In this document: positions 37,761 to 50,422 of the stretch, piece after piece
Position numbering within the stretch: the stretch's first letter is position 1
Layout: each line of letters opens with the position of its first letter
NCBI RefSeq assembly: GCF_004010195.1
Contig: NC_057746.1
Location: 26,804,070-26,868,069 of the forward strand
Length of the DNA stretch: 64,000 nucleotides
Reading direction: 5' to 3'
Source of the DNA: Chiloscyllium plagiosum
Taxonomy: Eukaryota
Program-made: the position numbers and the translations under genes
Notes under the pieces: model-generated
Told to the model about the DNA's origin: nothing
Seen by the model: only the letters and a program-made list of their open reading frames with translations
The model's database searches: none

Positions 37761-38409
37761 TCCCTCATGGCAAAAAAATTCATTCAATTCAATCCCAGTT
37801 TATCTTTTTTTGGTATTTGAACTTGAGGTCTTTGCTACCTTGATATTATAATCGCTGAACTATGCAATCAGATATGCAACAAGTAATCTACTCTAATCTA
37901 ACACAGGAAGACATGAATACACTTCTTGCGCTCACTCCGGCTCTCAAATCTCCAGCCAAGCAAAAAGCATTGTGGATAATATTGTTCACTCGGCTTCAGT
38001 ACCGCTACATTACCACCAGAGGTCACCACATTATCATTACTCGCGCTTATTTTGAGCCATTCTTTAACTGAGGCGGTTGGAAAACGGTATTTTTGTCAGG
38101 GTAAGAATGGTACCAACACGATACACAATCTGCTAATGTTTTCATGGGGTGAGCGGGGTGGTGGTGAGGGGAGATGGGGAAATGGGGGAAATAATTAGAG
38201 ATTCACAGAATCATACAACATAGATGGATCGTCCTTCGATCAATCGAGTCTTTACCACCAAAAATACATTGTTAACGACACTAGTCCCATTTTCCACACA
38301 TAGCCTTGACTGTAATGACAGTTAAAGTTTGGATAGACTATAAGTCAAGGAAAACGTATGTTCTGGACATTGCCTTTCCTCAGATACAAGTAGCAACAGG
38401 GTTACCAGA

Positions 38410-39530
38410 AGACCATAAGACATAGGAACAGAAATTAGGTCATTCGGCCCATCGAGACTGCTTTGACATTCAATCCTAGCTGATAAGGCAGCACGGTGGC
38501 TCAGTGGTTAGCACTGTTACCTCACGCCATCAGGGTTCGATTCCAGCCTCGGGTGACTGCCTATGTGGGGTTGTACATTCTCTCCCCGTGTCTGCGCAGG
38601 TATATTCCGGTTTCCACTCCCCTTCAGGTTGGCTGTGCTAATTTGTCTACAGTGTTCAGGGATGTGTCGGTTGGGTTAGGGGTTAAATGGGGGAATGGGT
38701 CTGGGTGGGTTACACTTCAGAGCATCTGTGTGGATTTGTTGGGCTGAAGGGACTGTTTCCACATTGTAGGGTTTCTAAAGGTTTCATTTTCCTGTTTGCT
38801 CCATGTAACCTTGATACTCAAGAATCGGTCTTTCTCAGTTCTAAATATACTCAGTGACCTGGCTTCCACCTCCTTCTGTGGCAATGAATTCCATAAATTC
38901 GCCACTCTGGTTGAAGAAGCTTTTCTATATCTTCATTCTATAAAGGTCTTCCCTTCATTCCAGTTCGATCCCCACCCCACCCCCCACCCCCATCTTTCTA
39001 AACTCTCTCGAGTGTAAACCTAGAGTCCTCAAAGGTTTCTCAAAGATAAGCTTTTCATTCCTGAACCATTCTCATGAACCTCCCCTCAACATGCTTGAGG
39101 GCCTGTACATCCTTCCTAAGAAGTGGGGCCCAAAACTGCACACAATATTGTACTCTAAATATGGTTTGACCCCAGCCTTATAGAGCCTCAGAAGTGCATT
39201 CCTGCTTTTTTATTCAAGTCCTCTCAAAATTAATGCCATCATTGCATTTGCCTTCCTTTCTACTGACTGAAACTGCAAATTTACCTTGAGAGAATCCTGG
39301 ATTAGAACTCCCAAGTTTCTTTGCATTTCAGATTTCTGAATTTTCTCCTCATTTAGAAAATAGTCTATGCCTCCTGCCAAAATGCATGGCCTCACACTTT
39401 CCCATGTTGAACTCCATTTGCCACTTCTTTGCCCACTCTCCTAACCTATCCAAATCCTTCCGCAACCTCCCCACCTCCTCAATGCTACCTGTTCCTTTAA
39501 CCTATGTTTGTGTTGTCTGCAAGTTTAGCC
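38410..39530 (-). mobile_element. CR1 3' fragment containing a plus-strand V-SINE (38487-38778)
   Basis: MANLWNSLPQKEVEA, QRNLGVLIQDSLKV; SINE A box tggctcagtgg and B box ggttcgattcc. Confidence 0.8.
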
Positions 39531-39712
39531 AGGTGCCATCAGTTACTTAGCGATTATAAAAGCAGATATTATTGAATGGGTGCCCTTTTAGACACCACAC
39601 TAGCGATTAACAAAAAGGGGGGAACATTTCAAAAAACGCTGCATCAAATTATCATAAATTTCATGAAAGGACTATGTTAACAATACCAATAATTACCGTT
39701 GGAAGAGTGTAA

Positions 39713-39990
39713 GGCGGCACGGTGGCAACACTGTTGCCTCGCAGCGCCAGAGACCCGGGTTCAATTCCCACCTCAGGCAACTGTCTGTGTGGAGTTTGCA
39801 CGTTCTACCCGTGTCTGCGTGGGTTTCCTCCCATAGTCCAAAAATGTGCAGTTTAGGTGAATTGGCCGTGCTAAATTGCCCATAGTGTTAGGTGAAGCGG
39901 TAAATGTAGGGGAATGGGTCTGGGCGGGTTGCTCTTCGGAGGGTCGGTGTGGACTTGCTGGGCCTGTTTTCACACTGTAAGAAATCTAAT
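39713..39990 (+). mobile_element. V-SINE
   Basis: ggcggcacggtggc...ggttcaattcc...tgtgtggagtttgcac. Confidence 0.85.
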
Positions 39991-42492
39991 CTCATCAGAA
40001 TCGTCTAAGTTTCGACTGAGTGAGGGTATAAAGAAAGTGAAAGGGAATCAGATTCTTTCTGAGGCAACTCTTCTCGAGAATTGGTTAGGGAGGCATTGCA
40101 GAAATGACTTCTTCTGTAGGTGAAGTGATTGCAAAATAGATGGAAAATATTCATTCCACTATCCGTCCTCGACCCTCACCATTGTAGTTTCTGCACGTTC
40201 GCATTGATTTCATCCTGTATATGCTATACCATACTAAACTGCTGTGGCAGTAGAATTATCTGGCCAATTATCTCTTTAAATTCCCTTCTTTTCACCGAGA
40301 TAAGCAGCAAGGAGTCGATAGCACGTGGTTGTCATGCGTCAGCCAATTTACTCAACTGACCGGAAAACCGCATTCTATTGTTAGTTGTGCACCACAGATG
40401 CACATTTCAAATAATAACGAGGCGTTGTGAACTTAAAGCAAATGTCTCACTGGTGCTCACTCGACGGGTGATGCATTAACAAACTCAGTGTCCTGTAACT
40501 TCTAGTTGTCAAATTACCATAATCAAATTACCATTAACAAATCATCAAATGCAACCAACTGGCGAGTTGCTTGTCCTGCTATTGACTTAAACTCATAAGA
40601 GTGGAGCTGTTTGCTGGTTAACATCAACATGTTCATTATCCAACACAAACAGGTAATGGTGGTAGTGCTTTTAGACTTGGAGAGCTTAAAATCTGACAGA
40701 AGCATCTCTTCCCACTTTGATGGGTAAAAAGCAAAATGAACCATTTCATCGTGGAAAAATCCCAGAATTTTTAAAAGAAAATTCTGATCCAATAGTGACC
40801 ACGTGGCCACCTACCGATTTTTTATGAAATCCATCTGATTCACTAATGTCCTTTAGGGAAGAAAATCTGTCAACTTTAGCTGGTCTGAGCTCTCTGTGAC
40901 TCCAGACTCAGAGAAATGTGATTGACACTTAACTGACCTCTGGGCAATTAAGGATGGGCAATACATTGTGGTCGAGCCAATGACACCCACGTCTCGTGAG
41001 TGACTAAGGAAATATTAGTGTGAATCTTGTGCTATTAAAAGTAAAGTACCCTTCTAAATTCTTACCATGCAACAAATCTCAGCTTTTAAGGGGTGTGGGG
41101 CTAGGGGTTCATTAGCTCCAAAAAGATAAACCTAACAATAAAGACCCTCAGATGATATATTTGGTAAGAAAAATGTGAAAAGACGGTACTTACCTAAGAC
41201 TTAAAAGGGTTGCAGTAGCTAAGAGAGCTAGAGCACTTTGAAAACTTATTGCTCAACTTACAAAACAAAAGCAACAAAGAAGTACTGAACATCTCAACAG
41301 CTCCAACAGTATCTGTCCAGAGTGAATTAACATTTTGAGTCCACTATGACTCTTGTTGGGAAACACAGACAAAGGGAGTCCTGGTGGCTCAGCAGTGCTC
41401 TTGTTGGGACATGCAGCACTTGGTTCCCAGCCAGCCTTAAGAAGATAACCTGCCCAGATATGGTGATCCCTTTGGACAACGAGCAGGCCACTCCAATAGC
41501 AGGCCTTTCCCTTCTCCATTGGAAAACAGACCCTACTGGCTTTTCAGTGAAAGAAGAGGCTTCCAGGCCTACTGGAACAGGCTGTGGAACTTTTAGAGAA
41601 ATCAATGTATCAAGGAACCATCTGAATGTATTTTCCTTGACCCCACATGGCCGTCACTCCAACCATCACTTCCATCTCTGCATGAGAGGGAAAATCAACT
41701 CATAAAATACAAATCAAAGAAGCTATGATAAAATTTTATAGTACACTGCTCAGCCTTAAGTGGAGGACAAAGTCCCATTCTGGATGAAATGCTTTAAGAA
41801 GGTTGGCAAGGCCTTAGAGAGAGAAAGCATGGAGGAGATGGAATTGTAGACAGGGATGAGAGGTTTCATTTATGCAGAGGGACTGGAGAAGTCCAGATTC
41901 TTACCTTCAGCAGTGAAATTTAAGAAGAAATTTAATCAAGTTCGTCAAAATCATGGATAGTTTTGAAAACTTAATCAGGAAAAAAATATTCACAGTAGCA
42001 GATGGTAACAAGGCAAAAAAAGGTTGCCATGTTTCAGTGATGTGCAACACCACTAGAAGCAATGTGAAAAAATCATTTCACAACAAGCCAAGTTTTATGA
42101 TCATGAATATTTGGTCCTCCACTTGGACATTCCCCTGCAGTGAGGCAGTCAGGATTGTATATATTACTCGAACTGAAATCTAACAAGTGTCTTATACAAG
42201 TTCAGCAAAACGTCCTCAAAGCCCCTTTTAATAAAGCCTTCATTTAGCATTCTCTTCACCTGTCCTGACTAATGCACATATACAGAGTCTAGATTAGAAT
42301 GGTGCTGGAAAAGCACAGCAGTTTAGGCAGCATCCGAGGAGCAGTACAATCGATGTTTCGGGCAAAAGCTCTTCATCAGGAATACAGGCAGAGAGCCTGA
42401 AGGGTGGAAAGATAAATGAGAGGAGGATGGGGGTGGGGAGAAAGTAGCATAGAGTACAATAGGTGAGTGGGGGAGAGGATGAAGATGATAGC

Positions 42493-43106
42493 NNNNNNNN
42501 NNNNNNNNNNNNNNNNNNNNNNNNNNNNNNNNNNNNNNNNNNNNNNNNNNNNNNNNNNNNNNNNNNNNNNNNNNNNNNNNNNNNNNNNNNNNNNNNNNNN
42601 NNNNNNNNNNNNNNNNNNNNNNNNNNNNNNNNNNNNNNNNNNNNNNNNNNNNNNNNNNNNNNNNNNNNNNNNNNNNNNNNNNNNNNNNNNNNNNNNNNNN
42701 NNNNNNNNNNNNNNNNNNNNNNNNNNNNNNNNNNNNNNNNNNNNNNNNNNNNNNNNNNNNNNNNNNNNNNNNNNNNNNNNNNNNNNNNNNNNNNNNNNNN
42801 NNNNNNNNNNNNNNNNNNNNNNNNNNNNNNNNNNNNNNNNNNNNNNNNNNNNNNNNNNNNNNNNNNNNNNNNNNNNNNNNNNNNNNNNNNNNNNNNNNNN
42901 NNNNNNNNNNNNNNNNNNNNNNNNNNNNNNNNNNNNNNNNNNNNNNNNNNNNNNNNNNNNNNNNNNNNNNNNNNNNNNNNNNNNNNNNNNNNNNNNNNNN
43001 NNNNNNNNNNNNNNNNNNNNNNNNNNNNNNNNNNNNNNNNNNNNNNNNNNNNNNNNNNNNNNNNNNNNNNNNNNNNNNNNNNNNNNNNNNNNNNNNNNNN
43101 NNNNNN
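42493..43106. other. Assembly gap
   Basis: Run of N. Confidence 1.
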
Positions 43107-43440
43107 TGGAAGTTTGGAACTGGGGTGAGGTGGGGGAAGGGGAAATGAGGAAACTGTTGAAGTCCATGTTGATGCCCTGGGGTTGAAGTGTTCTGAGGCG
43201 GAAGATGAGGCATTCTTCATCCAGGCGTCTGGTGGTAAGGGAGCGGCAGTGAAGGAGGCCCAGGACCTTCATGTCCTCAGCAGAGTGGGAGGGGGAGTTG
43301 AAATGTTGGGCCACAGGGCAGGTGGTTGATTGGTGTGGGTGTCATGGAGATGTTCCCTAAAGCACTCTGCTAGGAGGCATCCAGTCTCCCCAATGTAGAG
43401 GAGACCACATTGGGAGCAACGGATATAATAAATTTGTGTT

Positions 43441-43480
43441 GCAGACGTTTCGTCCCCTGTCTAGGTGACATCCTCAGTGC
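43441..43480 (-). ncRNA. Minimal hammerhead ribozyme motif of a second Penelope family, intact core
   Basis: Minus strand GCA-CTGAGGA-T-GTCACC tagaca GGGGAC-GAAACGTC-TGC: stem I GCA/TGC, ACGU helix III, GUC site. Confidence 0.65.
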
Positions 43481-44254
43481 TTGGGAGCCTCTTGTGATGC
43501 GCTTCTGTGATGTTTCCTCCGGCATTTATAGTGATTTGTATCTGCCGCTTCCGGTTGTCAGTTCCAGCTGTCTGCTGCAGTGGCTGGTATATTGGGTCCA
43601 GGTCGATGTGCTTATTGATTGAATCTGTGGATGAATGCCATGCCTCTAGGAATTCCCTGGCTGTTCTCTGTTTGGCTTGTTCTATAATAGTAGTGTTGTC
43701 CGGAAGCGACAGATACAAATCACTACAAATGCCGGAGGAAACATCACAGAAGTGCTTCACAAGAGGCTCACAAGCACTGGTTCCTCTAGACCAAAGAGGT
43801 AGCCATGGGCACCCATATGGGCACCAGCTATGCCTGTCTCTTTGTTGGCTATGTAGAACAGTCCATCTTCCGTAACTACACCGGCACCACACCCCACCTC
43901 TTCCTCGCTACATGGATGACTGCATTGGCACCACCTCGTGCTCCCACGAGCAGGTTGAGCAACTTCACCAACACATTCCACCCTGACCTTAAATTTACCT
44001 GGACCATCTCTGACACCTCCCTCCCCTTCCTGGACCTCTCCATCTCCATTAACGACGACCGACTTGACACTGCCAATTTTTACAAACCCACCGACTCCCA
44101 CAGCTACCTGGATTACACCTCTTCCCACCCTACCTCCTGCAAAAATGCCATCCCGTATTCCCAATTCCTCCACCTCTGCCGTATCTGCTCCCAGGAGGAC
44201 CAGTTCCACCACAGAACACACCAGATGGCCTCCTTCTTTAGAGACTGCTATTTC

Positions 44255-44920
44255 NNNNNNNNNNNNNNNNNNNNNNNNNNNNNNNNNNNNNNNNNNNNNN
44301 NNNNNNNNNNNNNNNNNNNNNNNNNNNNNNNNNNNNNNNNNNNNNNNNNNNNNNNNNNNNNNNNNNNNNNNNNNNNNNNNNNNNNNNNNNNNNNNNNNNN
44401 NNNNNNNNNNNNNNNNNNNNNNNNNNNNNNNNNNNNNNNNNNNNNNNNNNNNNNNNNNNNNNNNNNNNNNNNNNNNNNNNNNNNNNNNNNNNNNNNNNNN
44501 NNNNNNNNNNNNNNNNNNNNNNNNNNNNNNNNNNNNNNNNNNNNNNNNNNNNNNNNNNNNNNNNNNNNNNNNNNNNNNNNNNNNNNNNNNNNNNNNNNNN
44601 NNNNNNNNNNNNNNNNNNNNNNNNNNNNNNNNNNNNNNNNNNNNNNNNNNNNNNNNNNNNNNNNNNNNNNNNNNNNNNNNNNNNNNNNNNNNNNNNNNNN
44701 NNNNNNNNNNNNNNNNNNNNNNNNNNNNNNNNNNNNNNNNNNNNNNNNNNNNNNNNNNNNNNNNNNNNNNNNNNNNNNNNNNNNNNNNNNNNNNNNNNNN
44801 NNNNNNNNNNNNNNNNNNNNNNNNNNNNNNNNNNNNNNNNNNNNNNNNNNNNNNNNNNNNNNNNNNNNNNNNNNNNNNNNNNNNNNNNNNNNNNNNNNNN
44901 NNNNNNNNNNNNNNNNNNNN
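44255..44920. other. Assembly gap
   Basis: Run of N. Confidence 1.
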
Positions 44921-45404
44921 ATGCTACTTTCTCCTCACCCCCACCCTCCTCTCATTTATCTCTCCACCCTTCAGGCTCTCTGCCTGTATTCCTGATGAAG
45001 GGCTATTGCCCGAAACATCGATTTTACTGCTCCTCGGCTGCTGTCTGAACTGCTGTGCTTTTCCAGCACCACTCTAATCTAGACTCTGGTTTCCAGCATC
45101 TGCTGTCTTTGTTTTTACTTTATGCACATATACATGCAAGTTTCTTTGTTCCTATAATTCCTTAAGAGTTTTACTCTATATTGTTTGCATTATCACTGTA
45201 TGTTGTTACAACTGAAGTGTCACATCACACTTCACCTGACTGAAATTCATTAGTTACCTATCCAGCTCCTCCATCAACTTGTCAATTGCACATTCACAGT
45301 TCTAGATTAAGAATTCATTTCAGATCTAGATTTCACCTTTAACTTCTATGACGACTGTAAATTGGTGTGGAATCACTGGAGGGAGATTGGATTACAGCAT
45401 GTCA

Positions 45405-45785
45405 TAGACTCATATATTCATACAGCATGGATAGGGACTATTCAGTCCAACTCGTCCATGCTGGCCAATGTTTCCAAACGATACTAGTCCCATTTGCTTG
45501 AGTTTGGCTGATATCCTTCTAAACCTTTCATATTCATGTACCTGTTGAAAATGTCTTTTAAATGGTGTAACTGTGCCTGCATCTACCACTTCCTCAGGCA
45601 GTTCATTCTGTATGCAAACGACCATTGTGTGAAAAGGTTGCCCCTCAGGTCTCATTTAGATCTTTCTCCTTCCACCTTAAAGATATGTCCTCTAGTCTTT
45701 AACTTCCCTACCCTAGGTAAAAGGCCTTTGCTATTCATCTTATCTATGCCTCTCATAATTTTATAAACATCTTTAAGGTCACCAA
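45405..45785 (-). mobile_element. CR1 3' end
   Basis: NELPEEVVDAGTVTPFKRH. Confidence 0.8.
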
Positions 45786-46296
45786 GAAAGCAAGTATGTT
45801 TCCATTTCTAGATGACTACACAATGTAATCTTCAAGTTTTTTTTATGTATGACTTCCCTATTCATTATTTTGAGTGCATTCTGAAAGATTTCACTTCTCT
45901 GTGCACCAAAGTGCACAGAATTCTTAACATCAACACAGTTTTTCCTGTTTCCATTAAAGTAGCACACAAAGTATCTTTGTTAACTTCAATCAAGTAAACT
46001 TTTTAAAGCCTGAAGTTGTCCACGCACTCACAAGTGAAAATTTCCAACACTACAGAGTTTGCTCACGCCTCAGTGGGTTGCAAACTCACCTCTGAGTCTG
46101 ACAGTTCTGGATGCAGTGTGCCACTTCTGAGACTTGAAGTTGCTCAGTGTTGCATTACCATGGATATTCTCTTTAGAATTATATTTTAAATTGCTGCTCA
46201 GTTTGGTCCTTTGTATTGACATAAATATCCACCGGTATGCTTTTGAAGAAGAGCCAAGATCTTTTGTGTCCTCATGTCCTAGCGTGTTTTCAAACC

Positions 46297-46380
46297 CCAA
46301 ACACCAAAGAATAATGATTTGGTAATTTATCACATGTGCCAAACACCAAAGAATAATGATTTGGTAATTTAACACATGTG
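46297..46380. repeat. 42-bp tandem duplication followed by (TG)n and a poly-G run
   Basis: ccaaacaccaaagaataatgatttggtaatttaWcacatgtg x2. Confidence 0.9.
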
Positions 46381-46659
46381 TGTGTATGTGTGTGACCGTG
46401 TGTGTATGTGTATGAGCGCATGTTGGGGGAGGTGGCTTGGGGGGGGGGGGGGGGGTGCTGTGGGAGTGGAGGAGGAGTTGGGTGCTCTCCAGCGTGTACC
46501 TCGCATCCCTGCAAATGTTGCTGAACAATCACACGTTACAAAAACAAACCATAAAGATTGTTCACTTGCACAAATGTACTATTAACATTAACCTCTTTTT
46601 ACAAATTAACCGACAAGGCTCATCTGTAACTTCTGGAACATTTCACCAGTCAGTTATAA

Positions 46660-47610
46660 AGTCATAGAGCCATAAAGAGTTGCAGCACGGAAACAGACCC
46701 TTCGGTCCAAATCATCCCTGCCGACCAGCTATCCCAACCCAATCTACCCCACCTACCCAGCACCTGAGCCATATCCCTCCAAACCCTTCCTATTCGTGTA
46801 CATATTCAAATGCCTTTTAAATGTTGTAATTGTACCAGCCTCCACCACTTTGTCCGGCAGCTCATTCCATACATGTACTACCCCCTGCGTGAAAAGTTGC
46901 CCCTTAGGTCTCTTTTATACTTTGCCCCTCTCACCCTAAACGTATGCCCTCTAGTTCTGGTCTCCCCCACCCCAAGGAAGAGACATTGTCAATTTATCCT
47001 ATCCATGCCCCTCATGATTTTACAAACCTCTATAAGGTCACCCCTCAGCCTCCAACGCTACAGGGAAAACAGCCTTAGCTTATTCAACCTCTCCCTATAG
47101 CTCAACTCCTCCAACCCTGGCAACATCCTTGTAAATCTTTTCTGAACCCTTTCAAATTTTGCAACATCCTTCCAATAGGAAGGAGACCCATAATTGCAAA
47201 CAATATCCCAACAGTGGCCTAACCAATGTCCTATACAGCCACAACATGTTCTCCTAACTCCTGTACTCAATACTCTGACTGACAAAGGAAAGCATACCAA
47301 ACACCTTCTTCACTATCCTATCTACCTATGATTCTACTTTCAAGGAGAGATGAACCTGCACTCCAAGGTCTCTTTGTTCAGCAACACTTCCTAGGACCTT
47401 ACCATTAAGTGTATAAATCCTGCTAAGATATGCTTTCCCAAAATGCAGCACCTCACATTTATCGAAATGTAACTCCATCTGCCACTTTTCACCCTTTGGA
47501 CCATTTGATCAAGATCTGAGGTAATCTGAGGTAACCTTCTTCGCTGTCCACTACACCTCCAATTTTGGTGTCAATTGCAAACTTGCTAACTATACTTCTT
47601 ATGGTCACCC
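46660..47610 (-). mobile_element. CR1 RT-3' fragment
   Basis: ERVQKRFTRMLPGLEELSYRERL. Confidence 0.85.
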
Positions 47611-49910
47611 AGTCAACCAAAAGAAGATTTTCTTTTCAGGTAGTGCATGTTTTGGGTCCGGTTTGCACTGCCTGGACATGGGATGGAGGCAGATTCAATC
47701 AAGGCGTTCAAGTGATCTATTTGATGATTATATCAACAGAAATAATGTGCAAGTTTACTTGGGAAGGATGGCGCTAAATCATGGTTTTCATTTGGAGAAT
47801 CAGGGAGAAAGGACCATGGGCAGATTGACCTTCTTCTGCACTGGAACTGCCTTATTCTGGGATCATGCGTTGGGCCAGGTAAAGATGGAGGAATGTATTG
47901 TGGACCATTGATTCATTACTGAGATTGGTGTTCAATGCATTCTTTCTTTAGTTGAACTTAAAAGCCACAGAGTAATGGACGAATTTGGGCCCCTGAGCAC
48001 TAGTGCACTGACTTTACAATTGTACCCAACATTTGAAGAGAGTGAATCTGGTTGTGAAAGAATATGTTCCCAAGTTGACTTGCTCTTTACGGGTTGACAC
48101 TTCTCCTCTATTTTGAACAACTAATATTGAAAACCCGCACACAGGTTTCAATATCTCTGTGCAGCGGAACTGGTTAAAGACCACACTTTGTTTTGACATG
48201 GCTAAGCAAAACAGGATCCTCATAAACACCAATAAAGGGGGGCTAAACCCATCTCAGTGACGTGACAGCAACACATCGTTGACACGATGAACAAGTTAGC
48301 GACTCATGTCGAGCAGTTGTACCTTTACACCTGAGATCGCAATCCCACCTGTTCTACCTGGCTGACGAAGTTGATGGGAAATGTCTATTTTAACCTAAAC
48401 TGTTGCCAATACTTCGCTACTGAAATGTTTTAACTAAATTGATATTTATATTGATTCCCAGCAACCCATTTTTCCTGATTCTTATACCATGATCTCTCTC
48501 TCTCTCTCTCCGTCACAAATTTCCCACTCTTGTGCACCCTGAACTCAATGTTTGGCATTCAACTCGTTCTCCCCCAGATTATTGCTGTTGAAAACAAGTT
48601 TCTACCAAATACCTTGGGAACTGACAGTTATGGCTTTTTCTCTTGTTCTGTTGCCTCTGCCTTCCCTTCATCCCGAACTACAGCTTTGAAAATACCAATT
48701 CTCCAAATCGTTAAATTTCGCCTAATTTTCTCTAATATTTCAACCCTTGCAAGTGCTCCACATTGTTTACCCAAGATCCCTTGCAAACGTTGCTGACTCG
48801 CCATACTTTGTAAGATCAAATCGCAAAGGCTGTATTCAGTTGACTTGAATGTACTGTCAACGCCAACCTCACTTTACAAACCTACAAATACCACGCTTTT
48901 GCGGTTCTGGTGTATTTTGGGGGGGGTGTGGGGATCGGTTAACTCGATAGACTAAACGTTGGTTTGCAATGTACAATTACACCGTGAGTTCAGTTCCCTT
49001 ACCGGCTCAATTTACCATGAAGATTCCACTTTTTCATCCTCACCCCTGACGTGAGGCGTGGTGACGATCTCTCTCTCTCTCTCTCTCGGAGGTCTTGACT
49101 TTGACTTTGCGTTTTGTTTTTAAATGCTTTTAAGGTTTATTTTCAATACCTCCCTTCTGATTTTCACTTCTCTCCTTCCACGCCGGCACTCAGAAACAAT
49201 CTAGGTTCACCGAAGGTAAGCTGGTTTGTGCAGAGCATATAGGAGGCCAACTTTTCATCTAGGTTCGTATTAATCTTATCAATCGGAACAATCTGAAGAT
49301 TCTAGGTGAGGTAAAAGGTAAATAGAGAATTGGTGGTGCTTTAACCTGAGGGCCACCACAACACAGGCGGAGGGTGTGGGTGGACAGGGAGTTTGATACC
49401 GTTCTCCTGGGAGGAGGAGAGAGAAGCATTGATTGAAGTGTTTAAAATGATGACACGTTAGACCGAGTAAATAGGGAGAAAATGTTCCCACTCTTTGAAA
49501 AATGGAGAGCAAGAAAGCAAAACTTTTAAAAAAGTAAAAGTGGAGGAAGTAAAAGCATTATAATGAAATCAATTTTCATGCAGCGAGTAGTTAGGGTCTA
49601 TCTGAGAGTGTAATAGAGTGCACTTGGAGCAAAGAGACCTGATTGAGCTGGAGTTATTTTAATCAATCTGTTTAAAGTTATGATAACAAACCTCTGGAGC
49701 AGCTGGGACTTGAACCCCGGTCTCCTAGTTCGGAGGGAGGAACACTACCATGAAAAATCTTCATGATTGACAGTCACTCATCGTGACCTCAGCCAGGCTG
49801 AATTGAAGTGAACCCACACTGTTAGCATCGCAAACCCCGGCGTCCAAGCAAACTGAGCTCACCAATCCCCTCAATGGAGTCAATACCTATTGGAATGCAT
49901 AAACAGTAAA

Positions 49911-50195
49911 GATTAGATTCCCTACAGTGTGGAGACAGTTCCTTCTGCCCAACAAGTCCACACCGACCCTCCGAAGAGTAACCTACCCACACCCAATTCC
50001 ATCTGACTAATGCACCTAACGCTATGGGCAATTTTGTATGACCAATTCACCTGACCTGCACATTTTTGGACTGCGGGAGGAAACCCACGCAGACACGGGG
50101 AGAATGTGCAAACTCCACACAGACAGTCACCCGAGGCTGGAATCGATCCCGGGGCCCTGGAGCTATGAGGCAGCAGTGCTAACCACTGAACCGCG
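49911..50195 (-). mobile_element. V-SINE just upstream of the gene C leader
   Basis: Family consensus. Confidence 0.85.
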
Positions 50196-50422
50196 AACAT
50201 GAACTTTGGCTATTTTTATTAACGCTCTCAGAGTATTCGGTGATGCCTGTGTGATAATCAAATCCTATTCCGTCCTCATTGTTTATCGCTCGGATCACAT
50301 TGGGAGGATGAATACATCTGGTCTGTTTGGGGTTAAACCAACGCCGCGTCAGCATTACATGTCACTCCGTTTTCCTGTAGATTACATGCGAGTTCTTATT
50401 ACCGTGCAGAGCAAGAAACAAG

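Larger units (their letters stand above)
42285..45121. mobile_element. Inverted Penelope-like element A (RT + GIY-YIG), 13-bp TSD atgcacatataca; contains two N gaps
   Basis: MGTHMGTSYACLFVG, LPFLDLSI, FYKPTDSHSYL on +; mirrored GIY-YIG end on -; TSD at 42272-42284 and 45122-45134. Confidence 0.85.

Noticed and set aside
38487-38560. tRNA-like sequence with A and B boxes
   Set aside because: SINE head followed by the V-SINE core, with many copies in the window; not a tRNA gene
41262-41292. Leader-like minus exon MFSTSLLLLF|gtaagt as the gene B leader
   Set aside because: Its terminal T joined to the V exon GA makes TGA. It lies in an LTR-like repeat, and a better leader exists at 27091-27133.
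42294-45077. Long 220-396 aa ORFs
   Set aside because: Artefacts of N runs inside the Penelope element
46297-46380. Direct repeats as a CRISPR-like array
   Set aside because: Only two adjacent units with no spacer, in a eukaryotic context
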